DNA of 64,000 nucleotides from an uncultured virus (IMG/VR IMGVR_UViG_3300033149_003138) (lineage: Duplodnaviria > Heunggongvirae > Uroviricota > Caudoviricetes), in IMG/VR virus record IMGVR_UViG_3300033149_003138; one strand, written 5' to 3'. The notes under the pieces are model-generated. The model was not told the DNA's origin. It made no database searches and worked only from the letters and a program-made list of their open reading frames with translations. Below, piece after piece: positions 10,653-21,055 of this stretch. A program made the translations under genes and the position numbers. Each line of letters starts with the position of its first letter. Position 1 is the first letter of the stretch.

Positions 10653-11223
10653 AGGTAGCAGACTCTCAAAAATTCTTGACGCACAGGCATCCCTCTTCAG
10701 GTTGCTCTATAAACCATTTAGGCGAATCTTCACACCCGTTCTAGTCCCCTGTTTCTTTGGCATCCTGTTCTACGTGCTTGGATACACGCTGAAGTATTTC
10801 CCAGCCGTTGAAATCATCCTCAATAATGGGTTCTACGTCATGGGGATTCACACACAGTTTAGATTCGCTGAATTATTCGGCACACTGGGCTTGATGATCT
10901 CCATGATAGGAACCGTACTCACATCAAGTATGAATCTGACACCTAGAACTGACAGCCAAACACAGACCGTGGTTCCACTCAACGAAGCTGAAATCTACAC
11001 ACCAAAAACAAACATCTATGACCTAGCTGGAAATCTGACCCTCCTTGAGTTTTCACAGGAGAAAGCGTTGCACGACATTGAAATAGACAGCCTGTATCAC
11101 TTGGAGAAGGCAAAGGCTCAGGACATCCAGAGGGTGCTTGGTATCACACCAACACTAGCACAACAGATAATAGACGAAGCTAAAGAGGTTGTCAGGGACT
11201 TTAGAAGTCAAGGACTTATATAG
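10642..11223 (+). CDS. Two-TM membrane protein with C-terminal helix-hairpin-helix-like domain
   Basis: Two hydrophobic segments; C-terminal 'VLGITPTLAQQIIDEAKE' is RadA-N/HhH-like. Confidence 0.55.
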   Translation: MSNKGSRLSKILDAQASLFRLLYKPFRRIFTPVLVPCFFGILFYVLGYTLKYFPAVEIILNNGFYVMGIHTQFRFAELFGTLGLMISMIGTVLTSSMNLTPRTDSQTQTVVPLNEAEIYTPKTNIYDLAGNLTLLEFSQEKALHDIEIDSLYHLEKAKAQDIQRVLGITPTLAQQIIDEAKEVVRDFRSQGLI

Positions 11224-11236
11224 ACCCAATATTTTT

Positions 11237-11259
11237 TTATAGTTTTGATGCCTTCATCT
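11237..11259 (+). promoter_or_regulatory. Class A promoter
   Basis: TTATAGTTTTGATGCCTTCATCT, 12 nt before ATG 11272. Confidence 0.75.
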
Positions 11260-11271
11260 AACTAGATAGTA

Positions 11272-11667
11272 ATGGGCAAAAAAAGAAGGTCTCCCAAACC
11301 TCATAGGGTTAGGACTAAAGACCCAAGATACAACATCAACGGATATAACAGAGGCAAATCCATTTTCTTCGAATCCAAGTACAGGAAATACTCAGAAATG
11401 ATCAGGATTGACACACTTTCTACCGCCAAGGACTCTATTAAAAGGGTTCTTGATGAGTTTGAATCCGCTAAACAGCCAACCAAAATGAGAAGGCTGATCT
11501 CTGAGGCGAACTGTGCAAGTAACAGGGCTATGATCGCATCCAAGAACCCACGAAACAGTCCAGAAGAGAGAAAAGAGAGTGCAGAAGTCGCAAAACTGTG
11601 GAGGAAGGCACAGCAAACTCTCAGCCGTAAGTACGAGACAAGAAAAAAGAAGAGAAAACGTAGATAG
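11272..11667 (+). CDS. HPRY-leader protein 1 (basic, helical cargo)
   Basis: N-terminus MGKKRRSPKPHRVRTKDPRYNINGYNRG. Confidence 0.8.
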   Translation: MGKKRRSPKPHRVRTKDPRYNINGYNRGKSIFFESKYRKYSEMIRIDTLSTAKDSIKRVLDEFESAKQPTKMRRLISEANCASNRAMIASKNPRNSPEERKESAEVAKLWRKAQQTLSRKYETRKKKRKRR

Positions 11668-11707
11668 CCCACCAAATCATACACAGTCCCACCATTAAGT
11701 GACGAAA

Positions 11708-11757
11708 CGATTCATATTGTATCGGAAAACCTCTTATAGTTTCGTTGCCTTCATCTC
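11708..11757 (+). promoter_or_regulatory. 17-bp palindrome variant followed by class A promoter
   Basis: CGATTCATATTGTATCG (11708-11724), then CTCTTATAGTTTCGTTGCCTTCATCTC. Confidence 0.7.
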
Positions 11758-11769
11758 TCCTAGATAAAC

Positions 11770-12594
11770 ATGCAGAAGAGAAAAGGGTCTTCTGACGCAC
11801 TTATACTCGTTTTCTCCCTGCTCTTGATCGGTGCTGTAGTTTTCTACATGAGAGGTGGAAATATCGGAGTAACACAGGGAACGGGTGAAGGAACATCTTT
11901 GCCCTTCAACCTCAAGTTACCCGACTTTAACATCATTGTAAACGTGCCTGAGCAAGACGATGACACTCCAAGTGACCAAGATACTCCTCCACCCCCACCG
12001 CCTCCAGACGGCAACCCGCAGGACTACAAGGTGCCTACTTCACTTACGGTCTTTATTTCACCCAACCCAGTAAATAGAGGAGACTTCTTTATAGGAGACT
12101 GCATCAGCAATGGCTACAACACAGAGGTAACTTTGTATGCCAAACACAAGGGATCAGGTGAAACCGTCTCCTTCGGTGGTTGGCTTGGGGATGATGGTAA
12201 ATTTCAGCACGTACAACAAATCAACGTCGCAGGATACTGGGAGTTCTGGGCTACAGCCGATAACGGTAAAGTCGAGAGCAACCACGCCACCCTCACGGTT
12301 CAAGGTTTCCACATCTTGCAGGATGGACATGTAAGCATGTCCCTTGATCCCACTCAGATCATAAGGGTTTATAGCCACATGTCTGGTAATGTTCAACTGA
12401 TAGCCATAGATCACGCAATGGGCATGAGCATACCCCTGACATCCACTTCGATAAACTCAGGTGGTTTCGGAGATGTCCTTGTGGACTTCTCAGGAAGGGG
12501 GATGACTGGAGACTACGAGTTAGAGGCTATCCACTCAAACGGTCAAACCGCTAGTGGCTGGGATGGAACTAGCTGGGTACATCTAGGGAGGTAA
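11770..12594 (+). CDS. N-terminally anchored membrane protein with Ig-like domains
   Basis: N-terminal TM, poly-Pro linker, beta-rich domains (ISPNPV...YWEFWATA). Confidence 0.7.
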   Translation: MQKRKGSSDALILVFSLLLIGAVVFYMRGGNIGVTQGTGEGTSLPFNLKLPDFNIIVNVPEQDDDTPSDQDTPPPPPPPDGNPQDYKVPTSLTVFISPNPVNRGDFFIGDCISNGYNTEVTLYAKHKGSGETVSFGGWLGDDGKFQHVQQINVAGYWEFWATADNGKVESNHATLTVQGFHILQDGHVSMSLDPTQIIRVYSHMSGNVQLIAIDHAMGMSIPLTSTSINSGGFGDVLVDFSGRGMTGDYELEAIHSNGQTASGWDGTSWVHLGR

Positions 12595-12599
12595 GAAAA

Positions 12600-13733
12600 G
12601 TGCCAAGGAAGAGAAGATCGCCATATGAACATACGGTACATACCAAACATCCACGTTATAATGTACATCAATATCCAAGAGGTGTTGGTGAACCTCCTCC
12701 TCCTGCACCAAGACGTGACAGCAGATCAATTCGAGGTAGAAGCCTAATAACAAGGGAGGGTGTAACGAAGACAGCCCACGCATGGAGGATCGATGACAGC
12801 CTAAGCCCCAACAGGAAACACGTCTTCGATGAGAAGAACCGTGAGTGGCAGGTGCTTCATAACAGGAGAGACGTGCTGACCATAGACCACCCCTCAAACA
12901 GGGATGTTGTCTTGAAACTCTTGAAACAGGATTTGTCTATCGAAAGAAGGAATCTTCGATACGCTGAGAAAAGGAAACAGGCTGTCGAGAGGCGTATAAG
13001 CAGAGAAGGACACAGCCCTGCAACTAGGAACGCTATGAGGACAGTCAACAATCAGATAAAGCAATACCAGAATAACATAACGGCAATCGAAAAAAGAATG
13101 GAAAAACGAATCAAAGGTAAGCCAATAATCGTCAAGACTCCCAAAAAAAGGAAACCTGCTACCCCTAGACCAAAGAAAAACAAGAACCAGCTTGTAGGTC
13201 ACACCACACAGGAGACTGCCTATGTCATTGAGGACTATCCTTATGGAAGGAAACTCAGAACCAAGATGCGTATCTGGGTAGAGACCAGCAAGAAACACGG
13301 TCAAAGAGTGGTCAAACAAACACTCAACCCCAAGACAGGAAAATGGAATAAACCCAAGAAAAGCACCTATTCCCAGTTGGTATTGCTGGAGAAAGAGAAA
13401 AAGGCTGATGGTAGAGTATTCGTCAAAGATAAACACATCAACGTGAGAAGTGACACCACGCTAGATGACTTGAAAGAAATCGAGAAAACCTATGACTTAG
13501 ACGAAAACCAGCAGGATATACTTAAACGCCTCATGGTTGGCGTGAACGCTAGAAAGTACATCAAGTTTACTGCAACAACAACTAAGGTGGACTATGGAGA
13601 CCCAGACTTCAGGGTGAAGATGAAGAAACTGGAGAAAGAGGAAAAGACTCTAAAAGAGAGAAACAAGGAAATCCTTGATCAAGCCATAGGGATGAGCCAC
13701 AGGGAGTTAAAAAACAAAGACATCATTGAGTAG
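12600..13733 (+). CDS. HPRY-leader protein 2 (coiled coil + DYPYG...WNKPKKSTY domain)
   Basis: MPRKRRSPYEHTVHTKHPRYNVHQYPRG leader. Confidence 0.8.
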   Translation: MPRKRRSPYEHTVHTKHPRYNVHQYPRGVGEPPPPAPRRDSRSIRGRSLITREGVTKTAHAWRIDDSLSPNRKHVFDEKNREWQVLHNRRDVLTIDHPSNRDVVLKLLKQDLSIERRNLRYAEKRKQAVERRISREGHSPATRNAMRTVNNQIKQYQNNITAIEKRMEKRIKGKPIIVKTPKKRKPATPRPKKNKNQLVGHTTQETAYVIEDYPYGRKLRTKMRIWVETSKKHGQRVVKQTLNPKTGKWNKPKKSTYSQLVLLEKEKKADGRVFVKDKHINVRSDTTLDDLKEIEKTYDLDENQQDILKRLMVGVNARKYIKFTATTTKVDYGDPDFRVKMKKLEKEEKTLKERNKEILDQAIGMSHRELKNKDIIE

Positions 13734-13735
13734 CA

Positions 13736-14083
13736 ATGAACATCTCAAGGAACCCCACCAATTACCTTATCCCTCTTTTCATCTTATTATTTCTGGTAGC
13801 GGGTGGGGGATACCTTCTGCTGGGGGACTTCTACCAGCGTAAAGAAATGACCGTTGACATCTGGTACGTTGAAGAGATCACAGACCCATACACCGAATCA
13901 GGCACAGCGATTCAACTCACTTACAAAGACAGATTTTTCGGAGACAAAGTTCTCCTACTGAAGAAAACAGACCTGTCCAGTGGACTGACTAAAGGCAAGT
14001 TTCATCTTACGCTTGAGACACATGATAAGATGTTCAAAAGAACTAAGCCGTGGGAACTCGTTGACGCTGTGAGACTGGGTTGA
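13736..14083 (+). CDS. Membrane-anchored small protein
   Basis: N-terminal TM helix. Confidence 0.6.
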   Translation: MNISRNPTNYLIPLFILLFLVAGGGYLLLGDFYQRKEMTVDIWYVEEITDPYTESGTAIQLTYKDRFFGDKVLLLKKTDLSSGLTKGKFHLTLETHDKMFKRTKPWELVDAVRLG

Positions 14084-14135
14084 GTATCTACGTATTTCAG
14101 AAAACAAGATACCCTGTTTACCACATATATTTATA

Positions 14136-14152
14136 TGATACAATTTGTATCA
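14136..14152. promoter_or_regulatory. 17-bp palindromic site downstream of a TATA box
   Basis: TTTATA-TGATACAATTTGTATCA before ORF 14174. Confidence 0.7.
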
Positions 14153-14173
14153 GTTTATTGATGACTACTGATA

Positions 14174-14449
14174 ATGATGCCCAGCAACATATTGGCTCAA
14201 AACCTAGAGCCAACTGCCCAGATAAGGGATAGAAGCATCAATGAGTTAGTAGTCAGTGCTATTCCTTACGACAGGTATGTTTTCTGTGGAGAGGTAAGCC
14301 TAATCATCGAGAAGAATCTTGGCATAAAGATAGACGCTGAGAGGGTCAGAAAGATAGCCTTTAGAGATAACAGGGTTAAGAGGATGTGGACTCAGGATGG
14401 CTGGAAGATCACTCGAATGAAGACCATTTCAGATTACATAGAAACCTGA
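14174..14449 (+). CDS. Small winged-helix-like protein
   Basis: 91 aa; weak wHTH pattern. Confidence 0.45.
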   Translation: MMPSNILAQNLEPTAQIRDRSINELVVSAIPYDRYVFCGEVSLIIEKNLGIKIDAERVRKIAFRDNRVKRMWTQDGWKITRMKTISDYIET

Positions 14450-14530
14450 TATAAAAAACTCGATCTCACACCCCATACACTAGAATCTCTGAGACCCAAT
14501 AATTTATTTATTTTTACCAATATGGCGATA

Positions 14531-14593
14531 TGGTATCTAATACCATAAACCTTTTATATGATACACATTGTATCACATCTGAGTAAGTATGGC
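14531..14593 (+). promoter_or_regulatory. Class B promoter
   Basis: TGGTATCTAATACCATAAACCTTTTATATGATACACATTGTATCA...GAGTAAGTATGGC. Confidence 0.8.
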
Positions 14594-15059
14594 ATCGAAA
14601 GAGGAAAAAACGGCGTATGGCGACCTCTTCATCCAGTATGAAAAGGTTCTGATATGCCGAATATGTGGCAAGGTCATCCATCGTTTTGGGCATGGTTCAA
14701 GGAACCGTGATCCCCATGCTGAGAAACACTTCAAGGAAGGAAAAATAACGGGTAAGCGTGTTCAGTGGCACAACGACTCTCGATGGGAGTTCCACTATTT
14801 CCTGAAAGACGGTGTGGAGACCATCGATAGGGAGACCTTAAATCTCATTAAATCCTCGGTCATGGAAGACCCGAGGCTTGTCTATCCTAGACCAGACATA
14901 GAGTGCCCCATCAAGAAGTGCCCCGTATGTGGTGGGGCAGACTTCACAGCATACACAAACGGGCGAACCCCCACAAACAGCTATACCTTTCGAGTTGACG
15001 GCTGGATATGTGACAAATGTGACAGGCAGTTCAACCGAAACGGTCAGCGATTAAGGTGA
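14589..15059 (+). CDS. Zn-finger protein
   Basis: CRICG...H...H, CPVC and CDKC motifs. Confidence 0.6.
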   Translation: MASKEEKTAYGDLFIQYEKVLICRICGKVIHRFGHGSRNRDPHAEKHFKEGKITGKRVQWHNDSRWEFHYFLKDGVETIDRETLNLIKSSVMEDPRLVYPRPDIECPIKKCPVCGGADFTAYTNGRTPTNSYTFRVDGWICDKCDRQFNRNGQRLR

Positions 15060-15135
15060 ATCTGAAGGATGCAACCAGTGTGTCAGGTGCATCATGGACT
15101 ACTACAAAGAAGAAGGTCAAGGAGGCTAAAAACAG

Positions 15136-15822
15136 ATGATAGAGACCTTCTACACAGGCACTAACAGACCTGAACGAATCGAAAGCTACAGGCAGGGCAT
15201 CTTCTTTATGAACGGCACCAAGCAAAGGAACGCTGACGTGGGTGACTTTGGGGCTGGTGTCTACTTTGACCAGAGCAAGCACAGGGCTAGGTGCTATGGT
15301 AGATACGTTTTCCAAGTGGAGGTGGACATGGAGAAGATTCTATTCATCGGGAATGCCTACAGGGAGGAAGACGTGGAGAAGAACGCACCCTTCATTTACC
15401 CGATTCTAATGAAACCTGATCCTGAGAGGATCATGGGCAGGAAAATGATGACCGTTCAGGCGTCAAAGGATGAGAGGTGGGAGACAGCCGTAAAAATTAG
15501 GGAGGCTTGTCTGGAGAAAGGATACCTTGGAATCTACTCTGAGCAGGGTGTAGGAAAAGCAGGGGAGAAGGAACTGGTGCTTTTCAGTAATGAACCCGTG
15601 ACCAGCTATATCGAAGTCACCGATGAGGAACAGCTATCATTCGATGCACTCAAGGATCACGTAGGCGATAAAGTCACGGTCATTAATCCTTCCCTGAAAA
15701 GCTATGCTGAAGAAGGCGTGATCCTCTTCGTAAATATCTCAACCACAAATATACGGTTCTCTTTCAGGACTATGTGGATAAAAAACAAAAACCTAGAACT
15801 GGTGAAGAATCATGAAAACTAG
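15136..15822 (+). CDS. ADP-ribosyltransferase-fold protein
   Basis: FYTGT...DFGAGVYF...ARCYG...ELVLF follows the YHGT/GxGxYF/AxxYG/ExVxF pattern of phage ART domains (His replaced by Thr). Confidence 0.55.
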   Translation: MIETFYTGTNRPERIESYRQGIFFMNGTKQRNADVGDFGAGVYFDQSKHRARCYGRYVFQVEVDMEKILFIGNAYREEDVEKNAPFIYPILMKPDPERIMGRKMMTVQASKDERWETAVKIREACLEKGYLGIYSEQGVGKAGEKELVLFSNEPVTSYIEVTDEEQLSFDALKDHVGDKVTVINPSLKSYAEEGVILFVNISTTNIRFSFRTMWIKNKNLELVKNHEN

Positions 15823-16186
15823 GCTTGCTGTAATCCTAAATGGTAGAACATGGCATGTAGGGACTCTTATAGATGAAGATGCCTCTCCAGAGGATGAATC
15901 AGTTATCAATTCGCCTCATTTTGATAAATCATTTCGTCTACTTGAAAAACCTCAAGAACTGATATTCAGACTTAACAAAAATTATATGGACAGAGGATTT
16001 AAAGTGAATAAAATCGGTAAGGATGGATATTATTTAGTTATTTATCATGATCCAAACGAAGATAAAAAATACGATTACACCCAATGGGCTGGTTGGAGAG
16101 CCAAAATGGTTTTCGTAGACTCAAACACAAAACTGGTATCTAATACCACAAATCATTTAAACGATTCACATAGAGTAGGTGTGTGA
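15812..16186 (+). CDS. Hypothetical protein
   Basis: 124-aa ORF. Confidence 0.5.
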   Translation: MKTRLAVILNGRTWHVGTLIDEDASPEDESVINSPHFDKSFRLLEKPQELIFRLNKNYMDRGFKVNKIGKDGYYLVIYHDPNEDKKYDYTQWAGWRAKMVFVDSNTKLVSNTTNHLNDSHRVGV

Positions 16187-16197
16187 GTAGGTATGGC
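16134..16197 (+). promoter_or_regulatory. Class B-like promoter
   Basis: GGTATCTAATACC...TTTAAA...GAGTAGGTATGGC. Confidence 0.6.
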
Positions 16198-17383
16198 TGA
16201 AGGAAGAAAACTTAGAGATGTGCTTCCAGACGAAGCATATATCCAACTCAAGGATAAGGTCTACCAGCACCTAGATCAAATCGTCATCAAAGAGTACAGG
16301 TCTGGTGACTTAATCAACGAACCAGATACACCCTTCAAACAGAAGTACGTCTACCACTGGTATTTGCTTGAAAACTTCTACGCAGTAGGCTTCAACGAGA
16401 ACCCTTCAACAGGATGGAGTTTCCCAGTCACCAAGTATGGAGGCAGAAACCACAACTATCTCAGGATCATCTATCACGTCAAAAAGATACTTCAAGAGTA
16501 CCCTGACGTGGATCAGTGGACTCTAAGGCAAATGTATTACCGTCTTGTAGCTAGGCACATAATCCCGAACACGATAAACGAGTATAAGAAACTCTCAAGC
16601 TACCTGACCACGGCTAGAGAAGATGGAGTCGTAGACTACAAGAAATTCGAGGACAGAGCAAGGAAGGTTCTAGGCTACGGTGACACTGGTTATGAATCCA
16701 TTGACCAATTCATAGAAAACCAGATAAAAGACTTCCTGAAAAGTTATCGTTACTTCAGTTACAAGCAATGGCTCAATCAGAAGGACTATATCGAACTATG
16801 GCTAGAAAAGGATGCCCTAAGTTCCATCTTCAAAAACGTAGGTGACGGATTCAATCTTTATACATGTCCAACAAGAGGATACCCCAGCTACAGCTATGTC
16901 ATCGAGGCAGTGGAACGATTCTCCGAAATAGACAAACCAATAACCATCCTCTATTTCGGGGACTTCGATCCAAGTGGCTTGAACATCCCTGATAACCTCA
17001 TTGAACGCATCTACAGGTACGGTGACTTTGACGAAGGCTCAATAACCCTAGAACGGATTGCCTTGAACCCTGATCAAATAAACCAGTACCAGCTTCCACC
17101 TGCTCCTGCTAAGCGAACTGATGTAAGGTTCAAAGGCTTTGTTGAGGAAACAGGTACAGATCAGGTGGTTGAACTAGACGCACTTGAGCCAACAATCTTG
17201 AGAGACATTATCAAAGAAGCCATTTCTCAATATATCGATTCTCATCTATGGAACGAGATGATCCGAAAAACCAGTCGTGTGAAGGAACGACTCAAGGACA
17301 TAATCAGCAACGCTGAGATAGACCTTGATCAGGATTTGATTGATGAATTAAAAGAAGATGAAGATGAAGCAGATGAGTATTAG
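16193..17383 (+). CDS. Topo VI-A/Spo11/JetD-like Toprim protein with an extra N-terminal domain
   Basis: TLRQMYYRL, ELWLEKDAL, GYPSYS, ILYFGDFDPSG, RIALN, VELDALEP motifs. Confidence 0.75.
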   Translation: MAEGRKLRDVLPDEAYIQLKDKVYQHLDQIVIKEYRSGDLINEPDTPFKQKYVYHWYLLENFYAVGFNENPSTGWSFPVTKYGGRNHNYLRIIYHVKKILQEYPDVDQWTLRQMYYRLVARHIIPNTINEYKKLSSYLTTAREDGVVDYKKFEDRARKVLGYGDTGYESIDQFIENQIKDFLKSYRYFSYKQWLNQKDYIELWLEKDALSSIFKNVGDGFNLYTCPTRGYPSYSYVIEAVERFSEIDKPITILYFGDFDPSGLNIPDNLIERIYRYGDFDEGSITLERIALNPDQINQYQLPPAPAKRTDVRFKGFVEETGTDQVVELDALEPTILRDIIKEAISQYIDSHLWNEMIRKTSRVKERLKDIISNAEIDLDQDLIDELKEDEDEADEY

Positions 17384-17611
17384 AGGAAATAAGATCAGAA
17401 AAACATACCGAAAATGGTGGTTAGGTAAAAAGGTAAGAACCAGTTCCACTAGAGAATTTAAACGAGTGGTTGACTTGGAGTTCATTTCACCACCCAGCTT
17501 CGTCTACGGTATAGTGATCTTCCACTATGAAGATGGGTCAGAGGAGTCTTTTGGAGGTCATGGTATAAACGCCTTTAGACCAAGAAAACGTGATGTGGAG
17601 GTTCTTGAGGA

Positions 17612-18247
17612 ATGAGGCGAACCCCCCCAGAGGTCTTAGCCGATCTTGAGGAACTTAACCTCAACTATATCATGGCTGAATTAGAGTCAGAGTATCTTTA
17701 CCATATGACCCGATTCAATACCTTGAAGAAGATACTGAAAGACGGTAGGCTTATCGCAAGCATCACAAGAAGTTCCATTCCAGCCAAACACATCACCGTC
17801 AGCTTCACGTCTGGAAGGATGAACCACCTGAGTAAACTTCCAAATATGCCCATGCTGTTTGGGGCATGGAATAACTGTTATCTAAGGTTCAGGGCAGATG
17901 ATCTTGACGTTCTTCCAGTTGTCTACCCTTTTGGTAGGTGCCCTAAGTTTCAGTGGGGTTTGGGCTGGTGGAAGAAAGTAGCGGTCTTTGATGCTCATCG
18001 GTTAGTTAAGCCTGAGATCATCTACGAGACGTTCACTGACGAACAGTTAGAGCATCTTGTCTATAATCCTATGTGGCTTCTTGAGAACGAGCATAGGCAT
18101 TTCGGTGACGTGGTGCTTGAAGAACATGATTACACGATCCACGTAACAACTAGATACCAGCAGAAGTCCCTTGAGAAGATGGGTTTTGAGTCAGAGATCG
18201 ATAAAGAGTTGAGAAAAGTCTACCAAATATGTAACCGTCTGAAGTGA
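17612..18247 (+). CDS. Putative ART-fold protein (DarT-like N-terminal motif)
   Basis: LYHMT....LKKILKDGRL...VSFT...ENEHR. Confidence 0.45.
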   Translation: MRRTPPEVLADLEELNLNYIMAELESEYLYHMTRFNTLKKILKDGRLIASITRSSIPAKHITVSFTSGRMNHLSKLPNMPMLFGAWNNCYLRFRADDLDVLPVVYPFGRCPKFQWGLGWWKKVAVFDAHRLVKPEIIYETFTDEQLEHLVYNPMWLLENEHRHFGDVVLEEHDYTIHVTTRYQQKSLEKMGFESEIDKELRKVYQICNRLK

Positions 18248-19026
18248 TCTTATGCCACGATTTACAATCATTCTTGATGATGAAAAACATTCAAAACTTA
18301 CTCCAGAATTTCTAAAGCACCTAGCGAAAAAGGCATCTTCTTCTCTTGGCTTTAAAGTTATGACTGGTCAAATAGAGCCAATGTTTGATAAGGAACTTGT
18401 AGCCGTTGTTGGGATTTTGTCTGAGGCAGAGATTATCTGGGAAAAAGAAACAGGTGATAATATTGGATAAATTGGGTAGACCCTTCATAACTGTTGATAG
18501 GGTAGGATATGGCACAAAATATTTTCGTTCCTGTGTTGTGGTTCTTAAAAAAGATGATAAAGGAAAAATAGCATTTACTAACGGTTTGACAACGCAAAAA
18601 AATCTTTCAAGCTGGATAAAAGCAGAGGGGTTTAGATGGTTCTAATTTTTTATGAGGATTATTTAAACAATCCATCAATGCAAGCCCATCTTAGGATTGT
18701 AACTCTCTGTAGACCCTTAAAGGAAATAAAGGATGGAAAAACCCCTCATTGCCCTTATTGCGGTCAGTGGTTTCCTAAAGACCCTATGAAGTGGTCTTGG
18801 AATGAAGATTTGCATAGATTTGAGTGGCACTGTATTTCTCAAGATCAAGAAATCATAAGAGGGGGTATCGTTGTGGGCTGGAAAATGGGCTGTGTTAATG
18901 CGATTGGTGAAGAACCAGTAATTCGTCACTCTGGTTTTGAATCCGTTGATGAATTAACTACTGATGAAATCCAAAGACTGAGAGACATGGGCTACACTGA
19001 TGAAATGCTGGGGATCGTAGGAGGGT

Positions 19027-19647
19027 GTGGCAATGGGGAATAAGCCTGTCCAACTATCTTTTGAAGAATCAGTTATGCTCAGAATTGAGGAAGCTGAACA
19101 GAAATTCCGTGAAGCTATCAAAAAGGCAGAGGAAGCTGAGAGGTACAGGCTTTGGCTGGAAGAGATGGAGAAGAAGAAGAATGAGCAGGAGTACGTGCCT
19201 GTTAGCTTCCCACGGACTGATCATCTTCCCGTGGTTTTCAGGGTGAGCCTGAGAGGGTCAACGGTGCTTGGTAGAGCCTTCTGGGGTGATACGAGGAAGG
19301 AAAACTGGAGAGAGGAATCACACAGTTATGCCTTCGTTTTTCTTGATAACCTGTACAGGGATAAGCCTTGGACTTGGCACGATGAATTTAGTTGCTTTGA
19401 TGAGGCTGTCTTAGAGGTCTATTGGCACGAGTTTTTCCACCTGTATTTTGCGTTCAGGTTTGATGAGGATGTCGATACCTTTGACTGGGTTCCAGACGAA
19501 GACGGTTCTATGAAGAAACAGAATTATCGTCAGAACAGGTCACGGAAATGGAAGAATAATGAACGTGTCATTGACGCTGTAGCGGTAGCCATGATGAAGG
19601 CAACCTATGATAAATGGTGGGTTGATCTCTTTGCCGACGTGTCCTAG
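19027..19647 (+). CDS. Zincin-like HExxH protein
   Basis: EVYWHEFFHLY with a downstream NERVID. Confidence 0.5.
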   Translation: MAMGNKPVQLSFEESVMLRIEEAEQKFREAIKKAEEAERYRLWLEEMEKKKNEQEYVPVSFPRTDHLPVVFRVSLRGSTVLGRAFWGDTRKENWREESHSYAFVFLDNLYRDKPWTWHDEFSCFDEAVLEVYWHEFFHLYFAFRFDEDVDTFDWVPDEDGSMKKQNYRQNRSRKWKNNERVIDAVAVAMMKATYDKWWVDLFADVS

Positions 19648-20182
19648 ATGCAAGAGTGAAGACGTTGAGGCTGATGAACTTCACAAGAAGTGGATGTACA
19701 ACTGTAATAACTGTGGGAAGAACTGGTTCAGGTACAAGGATCACGACGAATATATCCCCAGTGACCAGCTATCTCCTGCTCAGAAGAAGTGGAGAAGAAT
19801 GGGTGCAAAGCCATGACCGACGTGTACGAGTGCAAACTTTGTGGAATGATCTTGATGAGAAGAGGCTTCAGCATCCACGCAAGAACGGTTCACGGACTTA
19901 CAAGAGATGACTATGATACAACCCCCGAGTCAAGGGATGACCTTGTAATCCTCTGTGATGGTCACAGATTCAAAAAGGGCAAGGTTGTCGGTAAATGGCT
20001 TTTCGAGGTTGACGGAGACTATAAAACGATCTTCAGGAGAGGCAACATACGAGCCTACAGGTTATGGGTCTCAGAGAGAATCAGATACGTCAACAATAAA
20101 TTCAAGGCGTCCTTGAGAACACCCACATACCTAGATGATTATAGGCAATAGCTAAAAACAGGTAGACGCAGTTTTCTATATC

Positions 20183-21025
20183 TTGGATTATGTAGCCCTA
20201 ACCGTTGCTAGAAATGAAGAAGAATACATTGAGCAAACCATCAAGAGTGTTCTTTCACAGACAGTACAACCAAAGGCATACATAATCATTGATGACGGGT
20301 CAACTGACAAGACCCCTGAAATAATAAAGTCCTACGTTGACAAGGGTATAATCTACTACAGGCTAAATGGTGAACGCCATGAGTTGAGAAGCTACAACCT
20401 GTGCAGGGCTGTCAACGTGGGGCACAAGTTGGCTGGGCGCATCTCACCTGACTGGTCTTACAGCCTGAAGATAGACGCTGACTCCGTTATCCCTGAAGAC
20501 TACGTTGAGAACTTGTTAGCCTATATGAAGAGGCACCCACGGCTGGGCATTGTCTCTGGTAGGATGAAAGGCAGAAAGATGTTCCACAGCAGACCCAGTG
20601 ACGGTGCTAGACTTTTCAGGAGGGAGTGCTGGGATGCTATCGGGGGGGTTGACTACGTTATAGGGTTTGACACTCACGCAGTAATCAAGTGTAACCAGTT
20701 TGGGTTTACCTCTCTAAACACTCCCGAGGAATACCTAGAGTTGAGAACCAGCAAAAGGCAGACCCTTCATGGATGGTACCTGTCTGGTATAACAAGATAC
20801 TATCTGGGTCTTCCCCTGTGGCACACGTTCTGTACGGCTATCCTGTATTTAAACGACAAGCCATACATACTTGGCTCCATTGTGATGTTCTTGACCCACA
20901 TCCTTCACATGTTTCACAGAAGAAACAATCGATTTGATTCAGATTATTATGGGTTCGCTAAGGGATACGTCTTGAAGGAGACGCTGGATAGAATCAGGTG
21001 TTATTTAATACCACAATCGCTATAA
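20183..21025 (+). CDS. Glycosyltransferase family 2
   Basis: ARNEEEYIEQTIKSVLSQT, IIIDDGSTD, KIDADS (DxD), FRRECWDAIGG. Confidence 0.9.
   Translation: MDYVALTVARNEEEYIEQTIKSVLSQTVQPKAYIIIDDGSTDKTPEIIKSYVDKGIIYYRLNGERHELRSYNLCRAVNVGHKLAGRISPDWSYSLKIDADSVIPEDYVENLLAYMKRHPRLGIVSGRMKGRKMFHSRPSDGARLFRRECWDAIGGVDYVIGFDTHAVIKCNQFGFTSLNTPEEYLELRTSKRQTLHGWYLSGITRYYLGLPLWHTFCTAILYLNDKPYILGSIVMFLTHILHMFHRRNNRFDSDYYGFAKGYVLKETLDRIRCYLIPQSL
21000..21025 (+). promoter_or_regulatory. Class C promoter
   Basis: GTTATTTAATACCACAATCGCTATAA, overlapping the end of the GT2 gene. Confidence 0.6.
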
Positions 21026-21055
21026 CGGTATTGCGCGTTTTTTCTATGAACCCAA

